63,883 bases of DNA, filler included, from Circinaria calcarea (GCA_051942165.1; 17 parts of 17 records of this genome joined end to end with filler, not necessarily neighbours in it); one strand, 5' to 3'; shown: positions 22,270 through 36,945, counted from the whole stretch's first letter. Notes: generated by a model from the sequence alone, not told the origin. Numbers and translations: made by a program.

Positions 22270-24421
22270 TAGGTACTGTGGCAATAATTTGTGCGGAGGG
22301 ACTAAAACCACCCCATACTAGTATAGCGTGCACGGACAACGCGTTTGCGATAACTTCTTTCCCGTTCCTGACCACCCTGGCCGACTCCAACTCTAGATTT
22401 ATCTATAGTGACGAGCCATGTCCAATCCACTGCCACCAGATCCACCACCAAACATGGTTAGAGATAATACTGGCAAATCCGAGGATGCAAACTCGACCTG
22501 GAATGGCCACTTTTGGACGATNNNNNNNNNNNNNNNNNNNNNNNNNNNNNNNNNNNNNNNNNNNNTTAATTAATTAANNNNNNNNNNNNNNNNNNNNNNN
22601 NNNNNNNNNNNNNNNNNNNNNGGGTACGTCGAGTCTGGAAACCCACCCGGTTGGGTTGTCGTAACTATGTACTTACGATTAGGCTGACCATTTGCGCGCC
22701 ACCAGATGAGAAACTGATCAACTTAAGCCAGTGGCTAGATATGTCACTTGCATCTTGCACAATGCGTGTCCGATAATAGACCAAGGCAAACGCGGCATAT
22801 ATACTTCAATTTCTCACTGCTTATAATAGATCCTTCGGGCATTCAATGACGCTACATGATCAGACCTCAGCTCGCTACCGATTGCGAGAGCTGTCCGGAT
22901 GCAAGTTGTACTTCCCCCCGCGACGATCCACAGAATGAGCAGTTGCATCTGCAGAGGATGGCTACACTGGAATAGCGCATTAATGCAGGAGAAGAAGCAT
23001 GAGGCAGGCACACCACAGCAGTGTTTACACCAATGGTAGATCATCAACATGCAGGATGTCTCGAGGGTTGTCCGCCACCCACACGCCCGGTCGATTATCG
23101 TGTGCGTGGGCTTTGATGACAAAGTCGCCGCGGATCGATGACGAGAGCGCCCTCATACAAGCAGCGTTCGAATATGTAACATCTATCTCAGCGGTGCAGC
23201 ATTACTAATCGAGGGTTAAGAGGTCGACATATTTTCTAGCCTTGTCCCGTCCTGATGCGCCCGACCGATGAATTCTTTCGAGTGAAGCGGAGGTTGTTAA
23301 GCGTGCCTATGGTGAGTCGGCGAACGTCTGGAAAGCGCAGGTTGATGATTATGCAAAGACGTTTGAAATCTGCCAGACCAAGTCCCTTGCGCGATTGATG
23401 ATTTGATCGAAACCTTTCCCTTGGGAAGCCACAGATGTGGGTGGCAGTGTTTTTAGCACTTCGGTGGTTCGTACCGGCCCTAACACCAGATTGACCTTGA
23501 CCTCGAGAGTTTACACCACTCCACAGTCACGAATATCCTTGGCTCCAGCTTTTGCCGCCAATCTGCGCCCGGTGGATTTGACAAGTCGTGTTCACGCGCA
23601 GCAACTACACATCGATACCGCACGTAGGTACGATTGCCCGAAGTATCCAACGAGAAAGCCTATCCTTGCTGCTTTGGGATATGTTCCCGTCGACGACGTC
23701 TGGAACTCGGCGGCGGGGGGATCTGACGGTGATATGCTGAAGGGAGCGTCACCGGTGGTCAGCGGGAGCGAGCTCGGCTGTCGTCACGGTATATCGCTCC
23801 GGTCGCTCAGTGCCCGCGAGAAGGTCGATGGACGAGTCTCGAAGATGAAAATCATCGGTGGGGTCAAATCGAGACCGGTAGGTCGGCGTGGTAAGCTCGT
23901 GAGGTAGGGTGGGACAAGCGTTCGCTTGTGGCTTCCATCTAGCGTCGCGCTAAGGTCCCCGCCGCCGTGATTCGATCCTTTACCCACACCTCGACATCAC
24001 ATGCGCGAGCCGACTCTCTGCCTCCACCCTTTTAGTAGCTTGGACCCCAGAAATGGACCACGAATGGGTTCCGAACGAGAAACCCCATCGACCAAGTCAA
24101 GAGCAGGCGGGCTAGTCTCGACAGGAGGCGCAAATCTTTCTGGTGGCTGCAGCCCTTTTCATTCGTCCTGATGGCGGATCCTTTTGGCGCAACAAACTCT
24201 CGACTGCAGCGGCCGCCATCCCTGCAACCCCCAATCTCTCCTGCTGGAAATAGAGAATGGACAATGGCAAGTTGCATGTCACAGAGCATGCCTCTAGAGC
24301 CCTGGGCAACGGCGCCTTGGGTTATTAGCATCTCAAGGGTCCGGTTTCTTTCTGAGCCACCAGGCAATGAAGTTGAGGTTATTATGAACCTATTGTTGAG
24401 CACGCTCGTTTGATTTCCGTC

Positions 24422-25984
24422 ATGTTTACCTATGCTAATCTCTTTGTGCTGTCGTTGTATGTTGAGGACAATGACCCTCTCGCCTCGAGGCCGGGCCTAC
24501 CAGATGCTAAACTGTTCGATAGCTTATACCGGTATCTGCGCTTGGTTGTCAACCTCGTGGCCTTCTGCAGGTTCCGGCCGATTCCTCTGCCCGATGTCCC
24601 TAGGCTCACATCCCAAGATGTCACCGTCGTCATCCCCTCCCTGGAAGGCGATGGCCCGGAACTGTGGGAAACCATCCGTAGTATCCTCGTTACCGAGCCC
24701 TACGAGATCATCCTCGTAACAATTGACGCACATCTGGACCGAGCCAAACTGATGCTCAAAGGTATCGCGGCGTCGAGGCTCCGAGTCCTGAGCGTTGCCC
24801 ATCCGAACAAACGGCGCCAAATGGTTCGGGCAATACCGGAAATTCGAACCCTCATCACCGTATTTGCCGATGACGATGTGACCTGGCCTACTATGCTACT
24901 TTCGTGGATGCTCGCTCCTCTTGAGGACGACGCGTATGGCGGCGTTGGGACCAACCAGAGGCTACGGCGCGCCGAAGCACCAACTATGCGTCAACGGATC
25001 TGGGGATTTCTGGGTGCTCTGTACTTGGAAAGAAGAAACTTTGACTGTGCTGCATGTATGTACATGGATGGTGGTTTGCCGTGTCTTTCTGGAAGGACTG
25101 TAGCATATCGCACGAAGATCCTGATGGATGATACGTTTATTCACGGATTCACACATGAAGAATGGCTCGGCCAGTATCAGCTAAATGCCGATGACGATAA
25201 TTTTATTACCCGATGGCTTGTGTCTCAGGGGCAAAAAATTGCTTTCCAGTATCATAAGGAAGCAGAAGTTCTCACCACTTTGGAAGACAACCCTATGTTT
25301 CTGAAGCAATGTCTGCGGTGGTCACGCAGCAATTGGCGGAGCAATATTACCAGCATGTTTGTGGAAGGGTACATCTGGAGGTGAGCCCCTGAGCCTTTTT
25401 ACCCCTTCCATCTAGATGCTGATTCCCGAAGACAGCAACCGTGGAGCACATATGCTGTTCACCTAACCACGATTTCTCATTGGGCTCTTTTCTGGGATGC
25501 ATCCTTCCTCTATCTTTGCTACAAGACAGTTGAGTCCTGCGACGAAGAGGTTCAGCTGCTGGCAATCGGACTCCTCCTGCTCTGGATGTTCGTGAGCAAG
25601 TTTGTCAAATTAATCGGCCACTACATCCGTTATCCCGTCGACTTCTTCCTACTACCCGTTTCAATCGTTTTTGGCTACTTCCACGGTCTAATTAAGATTT
25701 ATGCTATATGCACGGTCAAAGTGGTAAGTCGGCAACAAGCTCCTTTTCCGTTAAGGCCCCTTACGTTAGGGCGTCCTTTGCCTACAAGCTTCGGAGAATA
25801 CATGAATTTCTAGCACTGGCGATCTCCCGCGACATAAACACGCTAACCAGAGTGATGTATGTAGACAGCCTGGGGAAGTCGTGAAGGGGCCGACGTCAAC
25901 GATGGCTATCGCATGATCCGCGTCAATCAGAGCGAACGAGACCACACTGCCGAGATCCGGAAAAAGGAGACGTATACACAGTGA
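24422..25984 (+). CDS. cps1: Cps1/CpsA-like processive GT2 polysaccharide synthase, 4 exons
   Basis: YRYLRLVVN, DVTVVIPS, NKRRQM, FADDDV, CLSGRT, NADDDNFITRW, QCLRWSRSNW (QxxRW), TM helices and last exon TAWGSREGAD... (25865-25984). The first intron (24457-24522, 66 nt) is in frame and is read through by the ORF track. Confidence 0.88.
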
Positions 25985-28900
25985 TGACTTTACGACCGCA
26001 TTTAGATGCTTCACCATTAACGAGCCATGCCGAGTGGGTGAGCAGGCATCTGCCGTTGTTGCGAGCACATGGTGTATTCACACCACTCAAAGTAGGTTCA
26101 TTTTCCGCATTGGATCTGGGGTCCTTCCGACGTCGAGTCTCTCCGTCGTCGAATTCAGCTAGGAGCATGGCGTGTTTGTATCAATATCCCTGTACGTACT
26201 AGCGGGTTCGATGAAGCGAGGGTCTAGGCATGGGCAGGAGCTGGCTGCTTTGGGCGTTTAAACAAAAGTTATGGGCACCGATAAACCNNNNNNNNNNNNN
26301 NNNNNNNNNNNNNNNNNNNNNNNNNNNNNNNTTAATTAATTAANNNNNNNNNNNNNNNNNNNNNNNNNNNNNNNNNNNNNNNNNNNNCGCGTTATCATCC
26401 CACATGGCAGGAAGAATGGAGGGAAGTCCATGCGGCGTTGGATTGGCTGCGCTCCATCATCCCAATGCCTATTCTTGTCTTCCATATGCAATACAGCCTG
26501 CAGCAGTCACTCGGTTCCCACCAATGAACAGGACTCTGGTTTCAGTTCAAGACTGCAGCCAGAAATACCTGATGAAAGAAGCTGAAGTGATCCCCTTGGC
26601 ACAACTTCCAGCTACCAGAGCCTTCATCTAATAAACTTTCCCACCTTGCCAAGTTATGCGACGTTGAAGAAGAGGGGAGGGGGCGTAAGCTAAGGAGAAC
26701 TGTACCGAGGAAACCTCAGAGGATCCTTTGATGGGACATCATTCTTGGGTCAAAGCAGAGCATCGGCGAGCCCAATGACGACCTCGGTGGCTGATGATGG
26801 CCGGAGAGTCGAGACGCTTCATGGTCATTCTTTTTTTTACTATAGTAGACGGTTCTTTCAGGGCATTTCGCCTCCCCAAGGGCCTCCCGAAGGGCCTATA
26901 ATTCGCAAGGAAATTCGGGCAGCTTCAAGTCAAGCGCCTGATGCAGCGGGGTTTTAGCAAGGACTCAAGGACCTGGTCCCTGTGGAGCAAGTCACGTGGA
27001 GCGTAAGCTAGCCACTAGCAAAACGGCTCCTCGCGGAGTAAAGGCGATCATACTCGTGATGTGCCGGAATGAGGTACCTAAACAGCCCCCTTCATGCATG
27101 GATGGAATCCTTCATCACGCCGGACTGCTTTACCCACGGTACGGAGTAGCGCAGATCATCCTTAAAGATCCTTGACAAGCAACAAGGCTGCTGCTGCCTT
27201 TCCGCCCTGTTCAAATGGGGCTGTTGAGGTAGCAATACTACAGAGGTTTTCCGCATTGCTGTTTACTTTTGGATTCCCCAGGACCCTTGAAAGATTCATG
27301 AGAAGAGTGCCCAGTCGAGTTAGACGGTCCGAGGATACACTTGTGGAAAGTACCAGTGAGAGGATACCCTCTCCCTACCCCCAATTTTCATCACCCTTAA
27401 CCAAGCCGGGGCAACCTACATATGAAATTTGTGAGTCAACACCTTGGCCCGTCGCTCTACTGGATTATGGAAGTCATGGGTTTAAGAAGCAGCACTTATC
27501 TACACACAAGGCTCTAATTGGCCCGGTTTCAGTGATAGCGGCGTCAGCCTACCTTCAATGGAATTCGCCAGCCAAATGATTCCGACTGTGCATCCTTTCC
27601 TCAGTTCTGATGCTCTCTCCAAATTCAAGGAACACACAAGGTTGCTTACATTGAAGACCAGTTAAACTGCTTTGGTGTTACTCAGACCGCCGGATGAGGT
27701 CAGATGGGCAGTAATTTCAGCGAGGACCTTGTTTGACTCTGGAAGCTCACGAATGATTTCTACCTTAGTGACAACCTAAACAGGGACCTCAAGGTTGATT
27801 TTCCAGCTCTTTGGAGCGCCAGTACCATACCATGTCCGACTACTCTAGTTGTACTATCGGTTGGCCCCCACCGCGTCTGTGACTTGGATGTACGCACGGA
27901 CCTCCAAAAGGCCCGAAGTTCGCGCCACTACCTTATTTAATAGAGCCTCAAAAGAACAGGGAACGGGAGTTGGGAAAGGGTGCTACCTGAGCGTTAACAC
28001 GTGCATGGCATTGGCGGAGTGGCTGGTATCAGCTCACCATCCCATTTTGCACTATCAATACTGTACAAAGACTGCTTTGCCGTATTCAACAGAACGATGC
28101 TCTAAAATTCTCGAGCATCCCGAGACGACACCTTAAAACAATACCGTATCTGTTGCATCTGAATTTTCGAGACGACGAGCAGAGTACTGTCTAGGATGAT
28201 GATTCTACGGAGTACATATCATACATGGCTTGGCGTCAGTTTGTTTGGAGCGGGAGACATCGGTGCCAGATATCCTCAACGTGTAGAGCTACCTATCGGT
28301 TCACTGGCCGACCAACCTCGATTGGGGTAGCAACTTCCCAATAATCTATTTCGTACTCTCAAGTTTCACCCCAAGGAAAAGTGGTATCCATTCGGCTGCT
28401 GCCCCGGCACCCTTTACCATGGTAGATAATCTTTGGCTACCCGCAATCGGTGGTGTGTGCCTTAACTGACGTCGCGGCTTTGATGATCGCTTTCATAGGG
28501 TAGAGATACCACACTTCAGCAGACAGCCGTGCACACCCAGTAACTTATTTAACCAAGAAACGCACGGTTCGGTCTGTTGGAAAAATAGCTTCATGGATAA
28601 GGGTTACTGGTTCGGCAAAATCTCCTCACGAGTGCGATTAAACCGAGGCTGCTAATTGAACAGATTTCCAGTTAATAAAAGCGGTGCCTATGCAGCAGAT
28701 GGAGGCCATTGATTTGACTATTCAAAGATTCAAAAGCGACCGGAACCTTTGTCATCCAAATCACAAAAGGCACAACAGCCAGAAAACGAATATAGAAAAG
28801 ACGCCGGGTTTAGCCAGAGGCCAAAGCGGAAGCCGACCCTCTCGCAACATTCAAGATCCAACTGGTATCATTGTGGTGTTCACAAAACTTCGTGAGCACT

Positions 28901-30507
28901 CTAGGAATCCCTGTTTAAGCACAGGTGAGTTCCTCGGCATTAATGGCTATCTCAAGCCTGCAGCTTGTTGTCGAGATCCATGTTCTCCAGTGACATCACT
29001 TTCGTCCCCCACCGCGCCGCATTAGGTTCAACCGCTGTTGTTCCTGATGTCGATGGAGTACGTTTGATACTTCCCATGATCTCCGTAAACCGGGAGTATA
29101 TGTAGTATCATCAGCAGGTCCATGACCCATGAATAGTTTTCGTATGCTAGGCAGAAATAATCAGGTGAATTGGGGGAATGGGACTAGGTACCAAAAGGCC
29201 ACAGGAAGTACAGGAAGTTTACGGAAATATTTTCGAGGGCAAGCCGAATGGATAAGGACAGTGAATTTGTAATATGGTGCGGTCATCAATGGAGGAAGTG
29301 GAGGGGAAAGAGCACATTTTGGGTATCTTAAGGAGGATGATGTTGCTATGTTGACAGTGGACAATGTACAAAATAATATGGACCAGGACCACCATTGGTG
29401 AAGCAATAGACCAAGTACTTCGACGGCCCCTTACCATCATCATAGGATGCGTTACTAAATCGCATTGAACAAGCGGGAACGGGAAGACTGGCTGTAAAAT
29501 GAGTAAAGGGAGGTACTCAAGTCGAAGAAATGTAGGATATCCTTTCCTTTCGACTTCCAGGTACAAAGACAGCAGTAGTTCTCCGCAAAACATGCTGGAA
29601 CATAGCTGCCAGTCCTCTAGATCATATTCGACAATGACTTTTCCGAGGTAAAGCCTGCCATTTGGTTGTGAATTACTTCACAATGGTCCATCTTCGTGAA
29701 GATCTGATATCGCCAATGAGGCACGTGAGGGCATGTTTGGCTTCTGCTCCTCGCTAAGCCGACTCGCTGCCCTCTGATAGGGCTACTGCCGGTCAGCGAT
29801 GGAAGGTTCGAGAACTCTGGTCGCTTCCGACCTTGGAAAAGCGCACCTTATTGTGCAGACTGACTTTAGGTTCGGACTCTACCGTGTACCTAGTGACACC
29901 GCAGAAACGGACTATTCTGGGAAGAGGCAGATGGTCTTGTCCACATTCGAAAATTGGAAGAAAAGAACAGCCAGTCATTCTCTGAAGGCTTTCTCAACCG
30001 AAGCTAGATCCCCGTAGCATCCTTTCTCATGGTTCTCCCGAACATCTTCAAANNNNNNNNNNNNNNNNNNNNNNNNNNNNNNNNNNNNNNNNNNNNTTAA
30101 TTAATTAANNNNNNNNNNNNNNNNNNNNNNNNNNNNNNNNNNNNNNNNNNNNGGGTTGGGGTTGAGAGTGGGATGGAGGAAGGTGGAGTAGGATAGGTGG
30201 GGTTTGAAAATTTGAGGAGGGGAGGAAAGGAGGGAAGAGAAGACGGGGTGGTAAGGTATAGTACGTAGTTTAAAAGACCAAAGGACCAGTGGGGTGGGAT
30301 GATTTACGTTCATTCTTAAACAAACGTGAGATTTAGTATCCGTAAATCTGTCGTTTTCTTTCGCATATCCAAAAGTAAACAAAAGCCCTCCATTCATAGT
30401 CTCCGGTATGGATTACTTTAGAAACTAAACACGCTCTTTGGTAATATCCAACGATATTCCAACCTAGATTGCGTAATATATATACGTATCGAAGGTGTCA
30501 ACATACC

Positions 30508-33007
30508 CTATTGCAGCAACTCTGTTGCAGCGTCAATTTTCTTCTCGATGATTCCGCTCCAACGCTACAACACGAAATCATCAGTTACACATCCAGTAAA
30601 GTAAAATTCTAGGACATACCTGCACGCTCTCCATATCTCCATTATCAATACTCTCCACCAATCCAGGGAACGTCGCTCCAGCATAACCCGTCCAAACACC
30701 GGGAGCAAAAACAACATGTTTGAACCAGCTCCTCCCATCCAATCCCTGCTCGTGCAAAAACATCCGCTCGAAATACTTGTACTTATCATTCACCTTCTTC
30801 ACTTCATAGAGCAGTTTGACTTTCTCCCACCACTTCCACCAGGGAACGTCAGCTTTGATGTTGACTGCCAGGTGCGCGGTGTAGGTGTCAAATGCGGATG
30901 TGGCATTGTGGAGGCGGGCAATGGCGGTTGAGAGGGTGGAGAACAAGGAAGAGGAAGAGGATTGAATGGAGGGGAAGGGTGATGAAGCGGTTTTGTCGAT
31001 GACGTGTTGAAGGTAGGTTTTGAGACCGGCGGCGTAGTCCGTAGTGTTGAATTGAATAATAGGTGCTTCGGCAAGGTTTGCTGCGAGTAAAGCCCACACC
31101 TTTGTAATGGCAACATGATAGTGCCACCCCGCATCCCCGAACTTGTCCATCCAATCGAAGCTATCATAGTTCGAGTGGTAGTGATATACTGCACTGTTTG
31201 CCGAAGCGCCGAATCCGATGTCAACGGAAGGAATACCGGCGAAATCTTGAAAAGCTGTAAAATCGGAGCCGGAGCCCATCGTGCGTATAGCCCCGTTCCA
31301 GAGATCGCGAACGGTTTGGCCTTTGACAGTTTGATTCGGAGATTGAACGAGGGAGGTAGCTTCATATAGAGCTCTATTTAGCAGAGGAGAAGCGGATGCT
31401 CTAAAGTCCGGTCCTCGCGTCCCAACATCAACGTTAATGTAGGCGACAGCGGCTTTCGACAGCCAGGGTATATACTCTTCTACCCATTCCGTAGATCCGA
31501 TCAATCCGTATTCTTCACCATCCCAGCTAGCGAAGACGATGGTTCGAAGAGGCTTCCAGCCTTTGGAAAGAGCAACACCGAAGCTACGGATAAGCTCATT
31601 CATTGCTGCAGATCCACTATTAGGATCGCCTGCTCCACCAGCAATCCAAGCATCACGATGGTTGCCAAGTATCACTACCTCATCAGAAATGGTACCGTTG
31701 ATTATGCCAATGACGTTCCATAACGGTGTTATAACGTACTCTTGCTCATTAACAAGGTTGAGAACAATGTCAGATGGCGAAGGACCGATGTTATAATCAA
31801 CGCCCCTGTATCCAAGTCCGCCCCCTTGCCAGTATCTGTTGAAATCAGAGGCCTTAGGGCCGTGCCCATTAAGTGCTTTGAGAATAGGTAACGCATCTTG
31901 ATATGAAATTGGCACAGAAGGAATTGAAGGAATCGAGCCATGTGGATCTTGTCGGGGAGCGCCAGGCTTTGACGGATAACCTATAGTGGTAGGGTCCCCT
32001 GGGGCTATAGCTGAGTTTGTCAGTTTTTAAATGGTAAATTCTCGACGGGATTCCAACTGACATAAGAATTGGGTACTTCCCCTCTGGACGCTACTAGGAT
32101 TCCTAGCAGGTCCATCAGGGTAGGCTTTGTACCCATTGGCCTCTGTAATCACTCCATCTTCCTGCGGATCGGTATATATAACAGTACCTATCATTCCAAG
32201 CTCTTGTGCTCGCTTCACTTTGAGCCCTCGGAAAATGCCCCCATATTTAACCAGAGCAATCTTTCCCTCAAGGCTAATGTTGGCTTTGACCAGGTCATCG
32301 AAGTCCTGATATGTCCCAAAATTGACGTATACGAATTGCGCAGTCACATTTCCGTTCGCAGAGTATCCATGAAAGGTAGGAACGCGATCTGGGAGCCCAC
32401 TTGTGCTATCTTCCTCGAGCACGTCCTCTTCCATTTTGCATTCGTATTTAACAGTATAGTCCGCTTCTGTATTTCCCTCTAGAACATCGCGCTTCTCGAA
32501 GGCTCCTAAGCTGTTGCCAGGTTTCTCGAGGAGTGCCAAACGGTGACCTAAGAAGTAGTTGATATATATATCGTATGCAATAACAGTCGAGTCCTGAATG
32601 CCGAATTCCTGCCATTTTTCCATCGTCCACAGAGCCTGGCTGAGGTTCTTGCCTGCGAGATGCGGTCCGGCGGTGTAGTACTGACTCCATTCCCGTGCTT
32701 TTTCCTCTTTTGGAGTCTCTAACAGTATGTTCTGTAGCTCAGCGTAAGATAAACCATCCCTTTGTAACCATGCCTTCCGTGAATAAGCAGGAGACCATGT
32801 TCTACCATGGCCATCATGCGTCGGTAGCCATTCAAGTAGCAGAAGGAACAACACGACTACAACGACTGTGGAGGCTGCGAGAGCGACGGTGCAGAATCGT
32901 CGAATGGCGCTGTGTGTGTAGCGTTGGCGTGGAGGAGCTACGCGAACGGTTTGTAGTAAGGGTGTTTGCTCACCGTAAGCCATTGCGGCCTTCTCATTAT
33001 TGTTCAT
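30508..33007 (-). CDS. VPS70: Glutamate carboxypeptidase II-like M28B peptidase (TM + PA + M28 + TfR-dimer), 3 exons
   Basis: YTAGPHLAG, FHGYSANGNVT, SSVQRGS, GNHRDAW, DPNSG, SWDGEEYGLIGSTEW, YHYHSNYD and WFKHVVFAPG. Last exon is RWSGIIEKKIDAATELLQ*. Orthology to VPS70 is inferred. Confidence 0.9.
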
Positions 33008-33932
33008 TCGGTCGAGTCAGTGGTTTCGACAAGGGCTTGAGAAGGCTCCGCCAAGGTCTAAGAGAGAGGAGGAAACCAAAGCATTAAGGTGCCATACAGT
33101 ACTCTCCAATACGAGGTTATTCACTCGAGGGAGAGGTCTCCGATCACTCGTTTTGTTTACAAAGTCGGAAATAATTATAAAAGAAGAATAGAGAATTGGA
33201 ATAAAATAGTAATCTATCTTTTTCGGTTATCAGCGGCGATCTCGTTTTTACCCTCGAAATAGCGCCTCGGGTATGATGATACGGCATCTCATCCTGGATA
33301 AAGTCTAAAAAACTGATAACGGTACTCCAAATTCCACACTTGACTCGTTATCCTCAGAGTCATATCTCCCAGCAAAAGGACACCACCCACCCGTTTTTAT
33401 ACAAGTACAAGACTGGCGCAACTTCATCGGGCAGAGCAATATGCCCAAATCTGGATCGCGTGACTTGGGAAGGGAGGGCTCGTTGAAAATGTGAAAATGT
33501 AAAAAGTGTTGGGTGCCGCTGCTGCCCATATTATTAGTCTGTGGGATGTCTAGCTTATAACGGTATATGTGAGGAGTCGGCGAGTTGGAAAGTCTCCCTT
33601 TAGAGGTGGTGGGGGGAGGGCGAGGTATACCCAAACGGAAATATTCTCAAAAAAAAAAAATCGAAAAGAAAAGAAAAGAAAAAGGCACAAGGGGACCATC
33701 TTTGTCCCACGCAAAAAAGCAAACAGTTTGAATCCGTTTCCAGTTTTGGTAGAACCAACCCCCCCGCGGGGTAGAATAGTGGTTACTATATGCGTACTTG
33801 GGGGAGGGGGCATGGAGNNNNNNNNNNNNNNNNNNNNNNNNNNNNNNNNNNNNNNNNNNNNTTAATTAATTAANNNNNNNNNNNNNNNNNNNNNNNNNNN
33901 NNNNNNNNNNNNNNNNNAAAGGTCCCTTTCGC

Positions 33933-34688
33933 ATGGCGAGCACTAATATTGCCGATACGACAGCTCGAGTGTTCGCAGAGTAAGTCTCCCTTCCTCCCGG
34001 GTGCGTCCGCGACCTTGTTGACCAACCAGAACCTATGCGCTCCAGACTTCTGTCCGGCCCAACGGTAGACATCTACGTCGGCGAGTCGAAGCGCCATTGG
34101 TCGCTGCACCGCAATCTGCTCTGCCATCACTCGACATATTTCCAATCGCATCTCGACGAGGAACCGAAGAAGAAGGGTGGGAAAATCGAGCTGTTGGAGG
34201 ATGATCCCAGCGCATTCGAACTCCTCGTCAAATGGCTATATCAGGGTAAGATTGACGATGTCTCCAGTATGCCAGTAGAGAAGAAATGGGACTATGCGGA
34301 CGCGTGCCAGAAACTCTACGTTCTTTGCGACAAGATCAACCTTCCGCAGCTCAAAAACTTCGCAATCGATCAGTTCCGCAAGGGATGTCACGAAGCTGAA
34401 TTAGTACCAGGGCCAGAGGAGATGAAGCCGATCTATGATACTACACCGCCGGACTCCCCGTTCCGGAAACTGGTGAGTCGCATCGCTGCCAGGCAGATTA
34501 TGGACCCGGAAAGCCAGAGTGATGCCGCAACATACAAGATGTGTTTTGAAGGAAGTGCCGATTTCGCGATTGACGTTATCACCGCGATAAGAGAAGGAGC
34601 AGGTGGGAAACTGTTTGACGATCCGACCGAAGATGGAGGATGCACTTATCACGAGCACAACAACGGCCAATTATGCAACGGGATCTGA
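33933..34688 (+). CDS. BTB/POZ-domain protein, 2 exons
   Basis: Exon 33933-33979, intron 33980-34045 (GTAAGT...CAG), then LLSGPTVDIYVG...LHRNLLCHHSTYF...LEDDPSAFELLVKWLY...KLYVLCDK. Confidence 0.9.
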
Positions 34689-36215
34689 TAGGATTTTAAG
34701 CGGAAACCCATTGCATAATGAGAGGTAGAAACGGAAGCTGCAGAAGTGTTCACGAAGACTTAGGGAAAGGCTCTTTGAGCGGTGTCCTTCCGAGCAAAAC
34801 AGAGGCGAGGGATCAAGTGGACCTCTATCGACGTCCCCCCGCCCCCCGATACAGGCACGTGGACAGCGATGTTGAAAGCCAGCGTCGGGTCGAGTCTAAT
34901 TCGCAAGTCGGAGAGGAGAGGTAAGAGAAAGGCAGAGAGCGCGAAAATTCGAGAGACCAAAGCAAACAGACAAAGTTGCACGATATGGATCGACCACCTC
35001 AAGGACAGCCGTACAGCAGCAAACCCAATGGGCCAGTACTTCTTCCTTCGCCTTCTCCATACGGTCCTTGTGTTCGAAGCGATCTCCAGCGATACAGCCT
35101 ACGTCTTCAACCGCATCAATCGGATCGTCGAGCTCGTTGTTCGATTTGCCATTCAAGACGGTAGAAGAATCTGTTCGTTCTCCAGCCCCATCAAAACAAT
35201 GTAGAGGCAAGGGTCACAGCCACAAAAGACCGCGCCCGACTAACTGAGACTTACCGTCGGGTTCAAGTCCCAAGCTTCACCTTACCGCTGGAATGTTTTT
35301 ATAAGGCTATTTGGAAAAGGGAGTGAGTGACCTCCTATGGGGCATCTGGTCCAATGAAAGCCTTCAGGCATCAAAGGCGCTCAGTTTCTTAGGGACGAGA
35401 CTGAGATAAGGCAGCCAGCAACGAATGCCAAATTGAAGATGAACCTTTCGACGTAGCAGCTTACAGGTGAATCAATCCGGAACTACATCAGTCGTTCGCG
35501 GTATCAATGTCCCAAGTGGGAGCTTGTCTCGGACACCCGTTCTTCCGGCGTACCCTTAATCCCTTCTCATCAGCCGTTATGCATGTCGACCTCACCAGCA
35601 TCCCCCCGTCGGATTGTTTCAGCATTCTTCCTACGCTTTTGCATTCAGGGACCATGTCCAATCGCTGCTTTTCCCTCGCTTAGGTCGATCGGTCAGACAC
35701 ACGTAAGACGGCCTGTTCTCTGTATTTGAGATAGTACCCCGCTCACGTCATAATGCAGGGTGATGTTCTCCTCTTTCGGTTAGTACCAGGCCGCCCCTCC
35801 CAAGCTCCAATCGGACCCGCAACCGTCTCCTAAGGCTCAGGAGCATTATCAATCGGGCCAATCTGCTTACCACCAGCTTATCCAATCCGCGGTCGAGGAT
35901 GAATAATGCCCACGGCTGTAGATGCCCTGCATCGATGTTCCCGCACCGCCAGCTCATCGTACCTTCACCTCGGAATGATTGGTAATAGCCTCGAGATCAA
36001 GGCGGGATGATCAAGGCGGGAAGCTTTACCCGCATCCTGCACGAAATGGCAATGCAGGGACGAGGAACAGTCCACTCCCAGTGAATGACAATTCATTTCC
36101 CTCATTTCACTACATATACCCTGCCTTGCCTTTCCTCCCACTCTCCCACTCACTCTCCTCTCCATAATCATACACACAAACCTTCCTTCAGCACATCGAC
36201 AACAACTCCGCCATC

Positions 36216-36945
36216 ATGACTCAAGAAATCACTCTCTTCAATCATGCCACCGGCCCGAATCCGTGGAAAGTTGCCATCATCCTCGAAGAACTCGGTCTTC
36301 CCTACAAATCCGTCTTCTTTGAAATGAAAGACTTGCACACTCCCGCCTTCGAGAAGTACAACCCCAATGGCCGGTAAGCTTTCACCCCGGACAACCACGC
36401 CGCCTCTCCACCCATGTCCTCTCCACTGACTTCTCCACAGCACCCCGGCCATTCAAGACCCCAACACTGGCATTACCCTCTGGGAATCCGGTGCCATCAT
36501 CGAGTACCTGATTACCGAGTACGACAAAGACCATAAAATCTCCTTCGCCTCTTCCCCCGAAAAGTACTACGCCGTGCAGTACCTGCATTTCCAAACTTCC
36601 GGCCAGGGTCCTTATTTCGGCCAAGCGGCCTGGTTCGTTCATTTCCACCAGGAGAAAATTGAATCCGCCCAGGAGCGCTACATCAAGGAAATCGGTCGTG
36701 TCACGTCGGTCCTCGACGGGATTCTAAGTGACAAGGAGTATTTAGTGGGCGGGAAATGCAGTTATGCCGATCTGGCCTTCATCCCTTGGTATACGTTGGC
36801 GCCATTCTTGGATCAGAAGGGAACGTTGGACCTTGACAAAAACTACCCCAACTACGCCAAGTGGATGAAGGCGCTGTTGGAAAGGCCGGCGGTGAAGAAG
36901 GTGCTGGCGGACAAGGCGGAGGCGAGTAAGTCCCACAGTCAATAG
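36216..36945 (+). CDS. Glutathione S-transferase (Ure2/GstA-like), 2 exons
   Basis: GPNPWKVAIILEELGLPY, NPNGR|TPAIQD, LWESGAI, FQTSGQGPYFGQ and YLVGGKCSYADLAF. Confidence 0.95.

Noticed and set aside
22622..24420. ORFs upstream of the cps1-like gene
   Set aside because: No coherent exon structure or motif, so treated as promoter/5' region.
28538..28610. CCAGTAAC...GTTACTGG inverted pair
   Set aside because: Only an 8-bp perfect stem with no target-site duplication, so compatible with chance.
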